Part shown: in pieces, positions 52,137-64,000 of the stretch | How positions within the stretch are numbered: position 1 is the stretch's first letter | How the letters are laid out: each line of letters begins with the position of its first letter | DNA from: Octopus sinensis | Lineage: Eukaryota | NCBI RefSeq assembly: GCF_006345805.1 | Contig: NC_043003.1 | Coordinates: 13,950,001-14,014,000, forward strand | Direction: 5' to 3' | DNA: 64,000 nucleotides | The notes under the pieces: model-generated | Database searches by the model: none | Told to the model about the DNA's origin: nothing | The model's input: only the letters and a program-made list of their open reading frames with translations | Translations under genes and position numbers: made by a program

Positions 52137-52825
52137 TAAAAACATAATAAATTCCTTGAGGTTTGGATTCATTTTTAATGTTTATAAAAACCTGACAGTT
52201 CAGGTACTGTGTCGGGTACCTTCAGAAAAACCTGCTTCCTTATCATTCTAAATTTAATTTAATATCCCTTAAGGAGCAGTGACAAGTGGTTCCTAGCTAA
52301 TGAGCTTAATTACTGACATTTTAAAAAATAATTTCAAGCATTTTTATTCAAGGAAGAAAAAAAAAACGAAAAAAGAAAAAAAAAAACTACAAAAAATACT
52401 CCACTGAGAAAATTGTCAAACAAATAAAAAGTCAGCATTGATTAGGCTCATCTCAAACACACTACCTATACTAGTTAACTAGCAACCTTGCTACTGCTTA
52501 ATTAATTAATTAGTTAATTATTCTTTCATTCTCCAGCCTATCTCAGTCACTGGAATGTGCTCATGCTGGAGCACCACACTGTAAGGTTTTAAGTGATCAA
52601 ATCAACTTGAGCACTAATTTCAAGACAAGTAGCTTATTCTATTGGGCTCTTTTTCCCAAATTGGTAAGCTACAGGAAGAATGGGGACATAAACAAACATA
52701 CAGAGTTATCAAGCAATGACAAACAGACACAGTCACACACATATACAGGGATGCATTTGAGAAGTTTGGAAACATTTTTAGTTATAAATGTGCTAGAATA
52801 TTGTAATTTTAGTATAGCAATACTA

Positions 52826-53015
52826 TAGCCACTACACACATTTTTTTTTCTCTCCTTGTTTCTCTCCTTTTTTCTGTGTCCCTTTCTGTAGAGGAGCGTA
52901 GGCTCGAAACGTAAAAGACTTTTTCTATTCTTGAGTGTTATACTAATACATCTGTTTGTTTTGTACACCACCCGCCTTCGTCTTTTGTTGTTTTTTTTCA
53001 TAAATTCTCCCTATA
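52826..53015 (+). mobile_element. Short Penelope-like terminal-repeat element with minimal hammerhead-like motif (52882-52917)
   Basis: CTTT CTGTAGA G GAGC GTAG GCTC GAAA CG TA AAAG; ends CCCTATA. Confidence 0.55.
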
Positions 53016-53185
53016 GATCTAATAAGCTGACCTGCCAAGCTTTGTTATTCCAGACTGAAGGAGACATGCGAAACAACACTTTGAACACACCCTACAAAAC
53101 ACTGCTTGCTGCAGATGATGAGTTTGTAGAATGCAGTCAGGATGAGAAGAGAATTTGGAAGCTTGATATGCAATAAAGATTTGTG

Positions 53186-54171
53186 TTAATCCTTTTGTTA
53201 CCATGTTGCTTTTGAGGCGATCTGTGTTGCTTTCAATTAATTTTAAATATAGCAAAGAATTTTGTAAAATAACTTGGTTATCATTAAGCTAGTGTTAGGA
53301 ACATAAATTGTGACTATGGTTTAGTGGAAGATTTTAATTCAGAACTTTTGAAAACAAGACATATCTACTACAGAGCCAGAGGTGCTTTCAGCTGGGCTAC
53401 TATCAAAAGAGTTAAGATTTGTTTCTCTATTATATATTTTAACCTTATTGTTATCATATTTCTGTTGAGACACTGTGTTTATTTTTCAATTAATTTTAAA
53501 TATAACAAAGAATTTAGTAAAATAACATAGTTATCATTAAGCTAATGTTAGGAACATAAATTGTGACTAAGGTTTGGTGGAAGATTTTAATTCAAAACTT
53601 TTGAAAACAAGATATTTGTATAGAGAGCCAGAGCTGGTTTCAGCCAGGTTGATATCAAAAGGGTTAAGAATTGTTTCTCTATAATATATTTTAACCATTT
53701 TGTTACCATATTTCTGTTGAGATGCTCTGTGTTTCTTTCAATTACTTTAAATATAATAAAGAATTTAGTAAAATAACTTAGTTATCATTAAGCTAATGTT
53801 AGGAACATAAATTGTGACTAAGGTTTGGTGGAAGATTTTAATTCAAAACTTTTGAAAACAAGATATTTGTACAGAGAGCCAGAGCTGGTTTCAGCCAGGT
53901 TGATATCAAAAGGGTTAAGAATTGTTTCTCTATAATATATTTTAACCATTTTGTTACCATATTTCTGTTGAGATGCTCTGTGTTTCTTTCACTTAATTTT
54001 AAATATAACAAAGAATTTAGTAAAATAACTTAGTTATCATTAAGCTGGTGTTAGGAACATAAATTGTGACTAAGGTTTGGGGGAAGGTTTTAATTCAGAA
54101 CTTTTGAAAACAAGACATATGATATACAGAGCCAGAGGCAGTTTCAGCTGTATTGGTATCGAAATGGTTAA
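53186..54171 (+). mobile_element. Four tandem copies of TTAA MITE family F (~252-bp period)
   Basis: TTAA starts at 53186, 53439, 53691, 53942; TTAACC.TTTTG.TACC / GATATCAAAAGGGTTAA termini; solo copy at 62810-63040. Confidence 0.9.
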
Positions 54172-55122
54172 ACTGGGCAAAAATGGTACCAAAACCTATG
54201 AAATACTCCAGACTACTTATGGATTAACTTGTACGAGCTGAGCATCTGTTTTTTTTTTGTTTTTTTTGCTGGCACAACAGACCAGGCAAAGCAAGTCCAC
54301 CGGGAAGCTCATGATTAACCCCTTTTTCAATTGCAATGGGACTGAACCCTAAACCACATAATTGCAAAAGTAAACTTCTTAACCACACAGCCATGCTTGC
54401 ACCAAGCAAGAAAAATATGTTAGTAGCTTTAGTAAAGTTTTTAAAAAATATCTGTCAATTGAATGTGAGAGAGAATTAATGACTTCTCTTAATTTTGTCT
54501 TCCAGCTTATCTTTTTTTTTTATACCAATGTTATTTCTACACAACACAAAGATGAAACAATCTTCATTTTGTGTCAAGTTTAATTTCATGGACTTAACTG
54601 AGTTTTTAAAAGTATTACTAAAATTTTAAATACCACCCATCCATTCATTCACCCACCCACCCATCCATCTTCTCTGCCTAGTATTCCTGGGTGGATTGTG
54701 GGAATAGAGTCCAGAGAAGACACCTCTTCCAAAAATACTGCAGTCTCTATTCAAAGCTGGTACAAGCAGCAATAAGCCAGCAACATGTTCTGGGAAGCGC
54801 AGAGCGGAAACACAAAGGATGCATGTCATCCCAGGACCCGAAAGTGGGTCCAGCAGGGAACAACCGTTAGTGATTCTAGATACAGTTTAGAAAAGAAAAA
54901 AAAGGGGGAAAATTAACCTCCCATAAGCAAGTTTATTTGATGCCATTGGATGGAAGGCAGACCCCCAACCCCTGCAAACGAGAACTAAATATCATTACTT
55001 AAAGACTGATTATAGTATAGTTTAAAAATGACATCTGCTTCGGAAACAATTAAAGAATATGGCTGTAATATTGCAGTTCTTTCACTTTTGTATCTTATAT
55101 TTTGTTCTTCCTTTCAGCTAAA

Positions 55123-55517
55123 TCTCTCTATATATAAAGCTGAAGTTGTCTGTGTATGGCAGGTTTGGTAGCCTTCAACTAACACTATCTCCTCTGAGAC
55201 CCTGCAGCGCAAGTTGACCAAAATTGAGAATATGATAGAAGAAGGCTTGCTCTTCCTTCCGTAGAAAAAAAAATTCAAATCGGACCATGTTAACACCAAA
55301 AATTATTTACATCAAAAGGGTGCTTTTTTTTTCTATGAAAATCCCTATTTTTTTACAATTTTTTGACTGCTGTGTTGCCATTTTTCGGTGTATTTCAACC
55401 AGAAAAATGTTCACTTAAAGAGAATAACAAGCTACATAATGAAAAACTTTTACTTTTCAAAAATTCCAATTCTAAAGGGTCAAAACAAACCCGAGCAACG
55501 CCGGGCGATACTGCTAG
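55123..55517 (+). mobile_element. Non-autonomous Helitron
   Basis: A|TC 5' end; CCCGAGCAACGCCGGG hairpin at 55490-55505; CTAG|T 3' end; no TSD; second copy at 6900-7284. Confidence 0.85.
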
Positions 55518-55835
55518 TTGTTATCTAAAGAAATAAAATACAATAAAATTTTTTTTAAAAAGGGAAAAATGTGGGAGGGAAAAAGAAAGCAAAAAAATTC
55601 TTAAAAATTCTTCGTACGTTTTGGTTATGGTGCTAAAGAATAAGGTATTGGGGCGGGGAATGAAACAGCAACAAAGTCTACACATTATATAAATAAATAT
55701 AAATTTATGGGGTGAGAATCTATGGGAAAATTTAGATGCAGTTTTAAATAACCAAGGAAAAGTTTAGGGAATGGTCTCTTCCCTATTTTAATTCATTTAT
55801 AACATGTATGTTATTTAATGCTTATAAAGACAGAA

Positions 55836-55911
55836 GTGAGCGAGAGAGAGTGTATGAGAAAGATGTGTGAGAGAGAGCGAGAGAATGTGTGTGAGTGTGT
55901 GTGTGAGAGGA

Positions 55912-55943
<32 letters not shown>

Positions 55944-56132
55944 TGTGTGTGTGTGAGAGAGAGAGTGTGTGTGTGTGAGAGAGAGTGTGTGTGTGTGTGT
56001 GAGAGAGTGTGTGTGTGAGAGAGAGTATGTGAGTGTGTGTGTGTGTGTGAGAGAGAGAGTGTGTGTGTGTGAGAGAGTGTGTGTGTGAGAGAGTGTGTGT
56101 GTGTGTGTGTGTGAGAGAGTGTGTGTGAGAGA

Positions 56133-56165
<33 letters not shown>

Positions 56166-56255
56166 TGTGTGTGTGAGAGTATGTGTGTGTGTGAGAGAGA
56201 GAATGAGATATGTGTGAGAGAGAGAGTGTGTGTGTGAGTGTGTGTGTGTGTGTGG

Positions 56256-56287
<32 letters not shown>

Positions 56288-56347
56288 TGTGTGGAAGAAA
56301 GGTGTGAGAGTGTGTGTTTATGTGAGAGATAGGGAGAGAGAGAGAGA
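55836..56347. repeat. Long (TG)n/(GA)n compound microsatellite
   Basis: Directly visible. Confidence 0.95.
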
Positions 56348-56948
56348 AAGGAGAATATTATCCAACAATTTTTAGTTCTTTGTGAGTGTTTATAGCCCAA
56401 ACTTACAGAGAAACTAAATTTCTATCACACACACAAACACACACAAGTCGTTGTTGCTTGGTATGCAGTGTTTGGTGTTAACCATGCAACAACACATTCT
56501 TGTTTTTGTTTTGTTTTTCCTTCTCCCTTCTTGGCCAGCATTAATATCTATTCTTATAGCATCGAGAAAGAAAGAAAATCTCAAATAACCGAATAGCAAC
56601 TGATAAAGAAAAAAGTTATTCAAGAGGACTGTGGAAGGCAATAATACGCGAGAGAGTGAGAAGCAGAGTCTACAGCAGAACAGAGACTGTAGTAGAGAGA
56701 GAGACGATGTAGGAGAGGCAGTCGCTGAAATGGGAAGGAAAAACCAAAAAACAAACAAGATGGATAAGAGCTAGGTCTGGTGTGCAAACAATCACACACA
56801 CACACACACACACACACACTTTATTTACTGACTCATAAAGTAAGCAAGAGTGAAAACAATTATGACATCATCATCGCAGTTCACCATACCCTGGGTCTAA
56901 CTATTAAATAACAGTATAAATAAAAGGGACCTCATGCTTTGCAGTTTT

Positions 56949-57060
56949 CACCACCACCACCATGATGATGATGATGATGATGATGTTGATGTTGATGATG
57001 ATGATGATGTTGATGATGATGATGATGATGATGATGTTTATGATGATGATGATGATTGTT
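56949..57060. repeat. (CAC)n/(TGA)n trinucleotide tract
   Basis: Directly visible. Confidence 0.9.
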
Positions 57061-57072
57061 GTTGCTATTTTT

Positions 57073-57311
57073 AAGGCGGTGTGGTGGCAGCATTGTTAGA
57101 ACACCAGGCAAAATGCTTAGCGGCATTTTGTCTGTCTTTTTGTCCCGTGTCCAAACGTCGTTGGGGGTCGACTTTGCCTTCCATCCTTTCGGGGGTGGGG
57201 GTGGGTCAATAAATTAAGCACCAGCGAAACATTGGGATCGATGTAATCAACTAGTCCCCTCCCCACAAATTTGAGGCCTTGTGCCTATAGTAAAAAAAAT
57301 TATTATTATCC

Positions 57312-57342
<31 letters not shown>

Positions 57343-57555
57343 GGAGCAAAGCTGGCAGAAGCGTTAGCATTTGACTGCGGCCATGCTGGAGCACCGCCTT
57401 TAGTCGAGCAAATTGCCCCCAGGACTTATTCTTTGTGAGCCTAGTACTAATTCTATCGGTCTCTTTTGCTGAACCGCTAAGTTACGGGGACGTAAACACA
57501 CCACCATCAGTTGTCAAGCGATGTTGGTGGGGGACAAACACAGACACACAAACAT

Positions 57556-57586
<31 letters not shown>

Positions 57587-57750
57587 CATATATACGACGG
57601 GCTTCTGTCAGTTTCCGTCTACCAAAATCCACTCACAAGGCTTTGGTCGGCCTGAGGCTATAGTAGAACACACTTGCCCAAGGTGCCACGCAGTGGGACT
57701 GAACCCGGAACCATGTGGTTCGTAAGCAAGCTACTCACCACACAGCCACT
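57073..57750. mobile_element. Family B SINE (+, 57073-57295) and family A SINE (-, 57369-57750)
   Basis: Homology to other copies. Confidence 0.8.
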
Positions 57751-57971
57751 CATACACCTAACTAATCATAATGTAATAATAGAAAACCAGATTCAAATTA
57801 TATCTGAATTGTTTTAGAGCTGATAGTATTAAGAAATTTACCAGCTGATGAAAGGCTTGGCAATTTGTACCACACTACTCTGTTTAATGTATCCCGGCAA
57901 AGGATCCTAATCAACTAATCCTTTTGCTAACAGAGAAAAAGAACTCTATGGTTTTATAGCCATGAAAAATC

Positions 57972-58200
57972 TAACCCTTTGGCATTTAAATCAGCTATAT
58001 CCAGCTAAAATAGTCTACTTGTCTTTTAAGTTCACAGCGGCCAGATTTGGCCTTTCACACCTACCCTATGATGTCAGATATAAAATAAACAATCACATCG
58101 TTGAAATCTCAAAGCTACGAGATAACGCATGATTAATTCAAAACATCGTGAATAAATAAGTTTTACATTTGACAGAGTAATCTGAATGCTATCGGGTTAA
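57972..58200 (+). mobile_element. Family E TTAA MITE
   Basis: TAACCCTTTGGCATT...AATGCTATCGGGTTAA. Confidence 0.8.
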
Positions 58201-58495
58201 ATGATTTCACCTGCAGGCAGGTACCTAATGGCATGTGTGACATGATTATATACATAGCTATTATTGATAAACCACATAATCCAGGATTATCTATTAACAA
58301 AATTGTATTATCTATCAAACTTAGCAACATTCAGTTTATTACTAGAATATTGCTTTTGCTCCGTAAAATGAAACTTTGAACATAAAATTTTAATTATCGT
58401 ATTTAAATGGCATATAACATGCACTCCCCCCCCCCCAACAACCACCACCACACACAAAAAAATGTCTCGGACAATCACCCTGGCCCCCATATGCT

Positions 58496-59060
58496 TTAAC
58501 CCCTTGAGCATTTAAACCAGCCTGTATCCGCCAGCGAAAATATTCTACTTCTTTTATGTTCAACCTAACCAGATCTGACTTCTACTTACCCTACAATGTC
58601 AGTTTAGAAATAAACAATCACATGTTTGAAATCTCAAGGCTATCAGATAACGCATGACTATTTCAAATCATCATCATCATCATCATCATTATCATCATCA
58701 TCATTTAACGTCCGTTTTCCATGCTAGCATGGGTTGGACGGTTCGACCAGGGTCTGGGAAGCCAGGAGGCTGCACCAGGCTCCAGTCTGATCTAGCAGTG
58801 TTTCTACAGCTGGATGCCTTTCCTAACGCCAACCACTCCGTGAGTGTAGTGGGTGCTTTTTACGTACCACCGGCACAGGTGCCCGGCGAGGCTGGCAGCA
58901 GCCACGATCGGTTGGTGCTTTTTACGTGCCACTGGCACAGAAGCCAGTCAAGGCGGCACTGGCATCTGCCACGTTCGGATGGTGCTTTTTACCTACCACC
59001 GGCACAGGGATCACAACTACAATTTCCATAAGCATTACATTGGACAGAGTTATGTTAAAG
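58496..59060. mobile_element. Family E MITE interrupted by family C element (-, 58668-59028)
   Basis: MITE sequence resumes (TAAGCATTACATTGGACAGAGT) after the family C 5' end. Confidence 0.75.
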
Positions 59061-59921
59061 GATGCAATGCACCAAAAACTTAATTTTCCTAAATATACAT
59101 CTACCTCTGTGTTTTTTTATGCCATTAAATAGGGTGAATATAAAAAAACTAAGAAATGGACAAACCCAACTCAGCCAGCTTAAAATAGGAATAATGAGGA
59201 GGTACAGTCCACGTTCTTACTTAAATCCCCTTGTGAGGTCTCTGAGATGGTTAAAGATGTCAAAACATTAGCAGCCTGATGATTTTAACTCAGAAAGAAA
59301 CTATAAGTTGTTAAGAATATGTAAAAGACACACAGAACAGAGAAATACTCAATGAATTTGAAGCATGCCAAGTCGTTGATGAATATTATTGTAACCAACA
59401 ACTAAATAGAAAATAATTTTGCTAAATGTTGTCTTAATAATGAAACAATAATAAAAGATTAATCACTTGTCTAAAATCATTTACTTTAGAAATGTCTAAG
59501 TAAAACCAGAAAATGCCATACTTACAAGAACGAGAGATAATATTGGTGCCTTGATTAGTAGGTAAATATATCCTAATATGCAGAATTGTTGCAGAAAACT
59601 TGTTTGAAAATTTCTGTGGAAAGAAACAATATTATAATTAAGAAAGTTGAATTATTTACAAATTGTATATTATACATCAATCATGTTGAACATTGACAAT
59701 TTTATATAAAAGACAACAGTTTTGATCAGAAAATGATAACAAACATTCAGAGAAGACGTATTAAACATAAGATAGAAAAATGAATTTTAATAAATTTAAT
59801 AGTTTACCATTAATAACATCTAAATATGAATAAAATCAGCAAAATACTAACAGCCAACAAAACTGGAAACATTATGAAATGTAGAGAAATATATGGACAG
59901 ACGGACGGATACACACAGCCA

Positions 59922-60140
59922 TACACAAGGGGGTGCTGAAAAGTTCCTGGCTTTGGGTAATAAAGATACAGGAAAGATCAGTTAATTATGATTTTATTCA
60001 GTATATTCGCCTCTCAAATTCACACACTTATTGCAGTGGTCCTTCTGTTTTTCAGTTTTCCTAAGCCCTGTAAAAGAACTTGGAAGGTTAGGCCTTCAAT
60101 TAGACCTTTCATGATACCCTTAAAGCACCCCCACATATAT
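59922..60140. mobile_element. Tc1/mariner-derived MITE remnant
   Basis: Left end GGGGTGCTGAAAAGTTCCTGGC resembles mariner TIRs; right end partial AGCACCCCC. Confidence 0.45.
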
Positions 60141-60194
60141 ATGCAATCAGTATAGGGTACTACCTATGTGATGTTAAAATATTGAATAAACTCA

Positions 60195-60573
60195 TTTTTA
60201 CTTGTTTCACTGGAGCACTGCCTTTAATCGAGTAAATCGACCCCAGGACTTATTTTTTGTAAGCCTAGTACTTATTCTATCGGTCTCTCTTTCCGAACTG
60301 CTAAGTTACAGTGACGTAAACACACCAGCATTGGTTGTCAAGCAATGTTGGGGGGACAAACACAGAAACACAGACACACAAACACACACACACACATATA
60401 CATATATACGACAGGCTTCTTTCAGTTTCTGTCTACCAAATCTACTCACAAGGCTTTGGTCGGCCCAAGGCTATAATAGAAGACACTTGCCCAAGGTGCC
60501 ACACACAGTGAGACTAAACCTGGAACCATGAGGTTGGTAAGCAAGCTACTTACCACACAGCCACTCCTGCACC
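60195..60573 (-). mobile_element. Family A SINE
   Basis: Homology to family A. Confidence 0.85.
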
Positions 60574-62171
60574 TAAATTCCTTTTTTTTTTTTTTTTTGT
60601 TTGGTCTTTACTATGATTTGTCAAAATATTTTCAATGCTTTCTTCTACTTGTATCTCTATGAAAGTTCTTCAGATAAACTGCAAAATGTTACAATATTCT
60701 AAACATAGTATAAACAGCACGATAATTCCCCCCTGAATAAATAACATGGGCTTGCCAACAGCTCAGATACAAATTCTGTGTTAGACATTATAACGTTTGA
60801 CATAATAGAATGAAATTTCAATATTCATAAATGAGAAGCTCTGGTGACGAGATTAGTGGGGACGGCTTCCACAGGTGCAAATGCATCCAATTAAATATTT
60901 CAACCAGCAACTAATTACAATAGCCAGTTTCTGGGCCATGTTCAGATCATAAACGCTGTTCGTTAAAGAAAGCAAGTTAATTATATCAGAACTAACTGAA
61001 TGAAAGAAACCAAGCCAGGCATGTTGAATGTGAATAGTTTTTGAACCTTGAAAGCTTGTTCCCATTTTCGCAATATGCATTATGCATTACAAGAAGCAAA
61101 TAATAGAAAGAAAAAAAGAAATGAAATAGAAGGAAAAAAAAAACCCCTTGAAACGAGAAAGTTAATATAAAGTAAATTTATTCAAAGCTAGACATACCTT
61201 CTAATTCAGAAAGAACCTGTCAGAATGACAGACTAGTGAACAAATTTCAGAATAGCTTCGGCTTTGTTTTCATGAATTATACCAGGGAATGAGGCAAGGG
61301 GTGAATTTGTACAAGACGAAATACCTTTTAGTGTTTAGTCATATTCCCTTACACTACGAGTTCAGATTCTGTTTATGTTGGTTTTTACCTTTCATCCACC
61401 AGAGTTAATAAATTACCTCTGCAACACATACACACACAAGCCAAAAAGAGAAAAGAAAAAGGCCAATGTTTTTAGGTCCTTTATACAATTAAATCATCAT
61501 CATTATCATCATCGTTTTACATCGGTTATCCATGCTGGCATGGGTTGGACCGTTAATACTAATTTAACTATTGGATTTTCTTTTTTTTTTTTTTTTGTAT
61601 TTGTATCGTTTTCTTTTGCTCCTACAGTTGACATTAAGAGCAAAAGAGACCGATACAATAAGTACTAGGCTTACAAAGAATAAGTCCTGGGGGTCGATTT
61701 GTTTGACTAAATGCAGTGCTCCAGCATGGCCACAGTCAAATGACTGAAACAAGTAAAAGAATAAAAGAGTCTTTTTTAGCAATACTACCAATTTTTCAAT
61801 AATCTGACCACAAGTAAAGCCACTATACATTTTTGAATAAACAAACCCATCTTCAAGTATTTTCTATTCAATTGTTACATTACAAGGCTGAGCTTTTCAA
61901 CTCTGAAAATTTTCAACAAGATGTTAAAAGTTAACTGAAAAACACAGGCAGAATGCTCCACAGAGGGGTACAAAAACCCACAAAAGGGTTGAGCAAGTTA
62001 CACAGCAATAGTAATACATTGCTGAACAGAATACTCAGTACTTGATGGCATATAAGAAACACTGTTTTCAAAAACAAAGTCACAAAAAATAAAGAAAAGC
62101 AAAGAAATCACTCCAGGTCCTATTTGCAAAGATGCTTTAAACCTTTCGCATTTAGATTAGTTTTGGTCAAA

Positions 62172-63517
62172 TAGGTGCAGGCATGGCTGTGTATTAAGAA
62201 GTTTACTTCTTAACCACATGGTTCCGAGTTCAGTCCTATTGTGTAGCACCTTGGCCAAGTGACTTCTACTATGGCCTCGGGTCAGCCAAAGCCTTGGGCC
62301 AATCAAAGCCTTGTGAGTGAATTTGGTAGATGGAAACTGAAAACCCATCATATATGCATGTGTGTGTGTGTGTTTGCTTCTCAATACTGCTTGACAGCCA
62401 CTGTTGGTGTGTTTATGTCCCTGTAACTTGGCAATTAAGCAAAAGAGACCGATAGAATAAGAACCGGGCTTAACAAATAATTAGTACTGGGGTCGATTCG
62501 TTCGACTAAAAATTCTTCAAAGCAGTACTCCAGCATGGCCACTAACCATGCATGATCTTGTAGCTTTGAGATGTCAATGGTGTGCTTGTATATTTTTAGA
62601 ATGACATTGTAGGGTAGGTGTGAGAGGTTGGATATTGTCAGTTTTAATACAAAATGGGTAGAATATTTGGGTTAGATAAAATGCTAAAAGGTTAAATATT
62701 AGATGCTTTCACCCTTTTGATACCAACTTGCCTGAAACTATCCCTGGTTCTGAGATACATTCCTTGTTTCAAAGTGATCAAAATTGAAACTTTCCGTCAA
62801 AATTCCACATTAACCCTTTCATTATCAACCCGGCTGAAACCACCTCTGGCTCTGTAGTACAAGTGTCTTGTTTACATAAGTTTTTAATTAAAAAATCTTC
62901 CACCAAACCTTAGTCACAATTTATGTTCCTAACACTAGTTTAATGATAACCAAGTTATTTTACTAAATTCTTTGTTAAATTTGAAATAATTGAAAGAAAC
63001 ACAGAGCATCTCAAAATAAATACAGTAACGAAAGGGTTAATCTATGTTCCAACCACTAGCTTAATAATGGTTTCAAATTCTACCATAAGATCAGTAATTT
63101 CAGGGGGAGGGGTAAGTCGATTATATCGACCCCAGTGTTCAACTGGTACTTGTTTTAATAAAACCAAAATGATGAAAAACAGAGTCAACTCCAGCAACAT
63201 TTGAACTCAGAACATTAATTCAGAAGAAATGCCACTAAACATTTTTCCAGTATGGTAACAATGCTGCCAACTTGCCACCTTACATCAGCTTAACCCTTTA
63301 GCATTTAAACCGGCCATATCCGGCCAAAAGTATTCTGCCTGTTTTATGTTCAAACTGGCCAGATTTGGTCTCTCACACCAGCCCTACAATATCGTTTTAA
63401 AAATTAACAGCTACCTCATCAAAATCTCATAGCTACAAGATAATGCCTGATTAGTTCAAAACAATGTGGATGAAAAAGGATTAATTTTGGCTGAATAATG
63501 CGAACACTAAAGGGTTA
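62172..63517. mobile_element. Dense cluster: family A SINE (62172-62540), family E fragment, nested family F MITEs (inner copy 62810-63040), family B SINE (-, 63070-63280), family E MITE (63290-63517)
   Basis: Homology to other copies; TTAA-bounded TIRs. Confidence 0.8.
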
Positions 63518-64000
63518 ATAATAGTAAATGTGGTAACAAAAGGGTTAAAGTTTCCTAAATTAGGTCTGTCATTCCATTTGGACTCCTTTTTCTGAAACTG
63601 GCACTGTCTGGTGTCTGATGACAATCTCAGGTTTAGTTTCACACACTTATTAGTTATAATTACCAATGTGTTTGCTATTTTTCTAACCATATAATCAAGC
63701 ATTGCACTTTTCTGTTTTTGATTGAATATAAAATTTTATTCCCCGAAAATTTCTACGTTTATTTAACTAACGAAGGAAAATTAATCTCAACATGCGTCAC
63801 CTTAATTAAGTATTAAATAGGATAGTTTAGCAGAAACATATTCTAATAAATAAACATTTAAAATTAGCTCTGCATAAAAATAGATGATTACATATCAAAC
63901 AAACAGCAATAACAATAAACAAACGAATAAATAAAATAAAATAAAATATAAATAAAATGAAAATAAAACCTATCAAAGATTGAAAGAGCACTGCAAATGG

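Overview
AT-rich, repeat-saturated eukaryotic non-coding DNA (intronic or intergenic). The repeat families resemble those of an octopus/cephalopod genome; this is inferred from recognising the families and was not verified. I found no intact protein-coding gene; nearly all listed ORFs fall in microsatellites or SINEs. The window holds many copies of several tRNA-derived SINE families, TTAA-type (piggyBac-like) MITEs, non-autonomous Helitron and Helentron elements, two solo LTRs, a decayed RTE LINE and R4/Dong-like 3' ends. The standout is a 2.7-kb array at 41284-43993 made of ~5.5 near-identical ~493-bp units. Each complete unit carries a type I hammerhead ribozyme motif with a greatly extended stem II, inside a unit full of strand-specific G-U-containing hairpins. 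The array has a twin-priming-style inversion and sits in the (TA)n tract of a SINE. It looks like a recently retrotransposed retrozyme or Penelope-dependent circular-RNA element. A second, smaller family with a degenerate minimal hammerhead occurs twice (49563, 52826). Family letters A-I are my own labels, and coordinates of degenerate copies are approximate.
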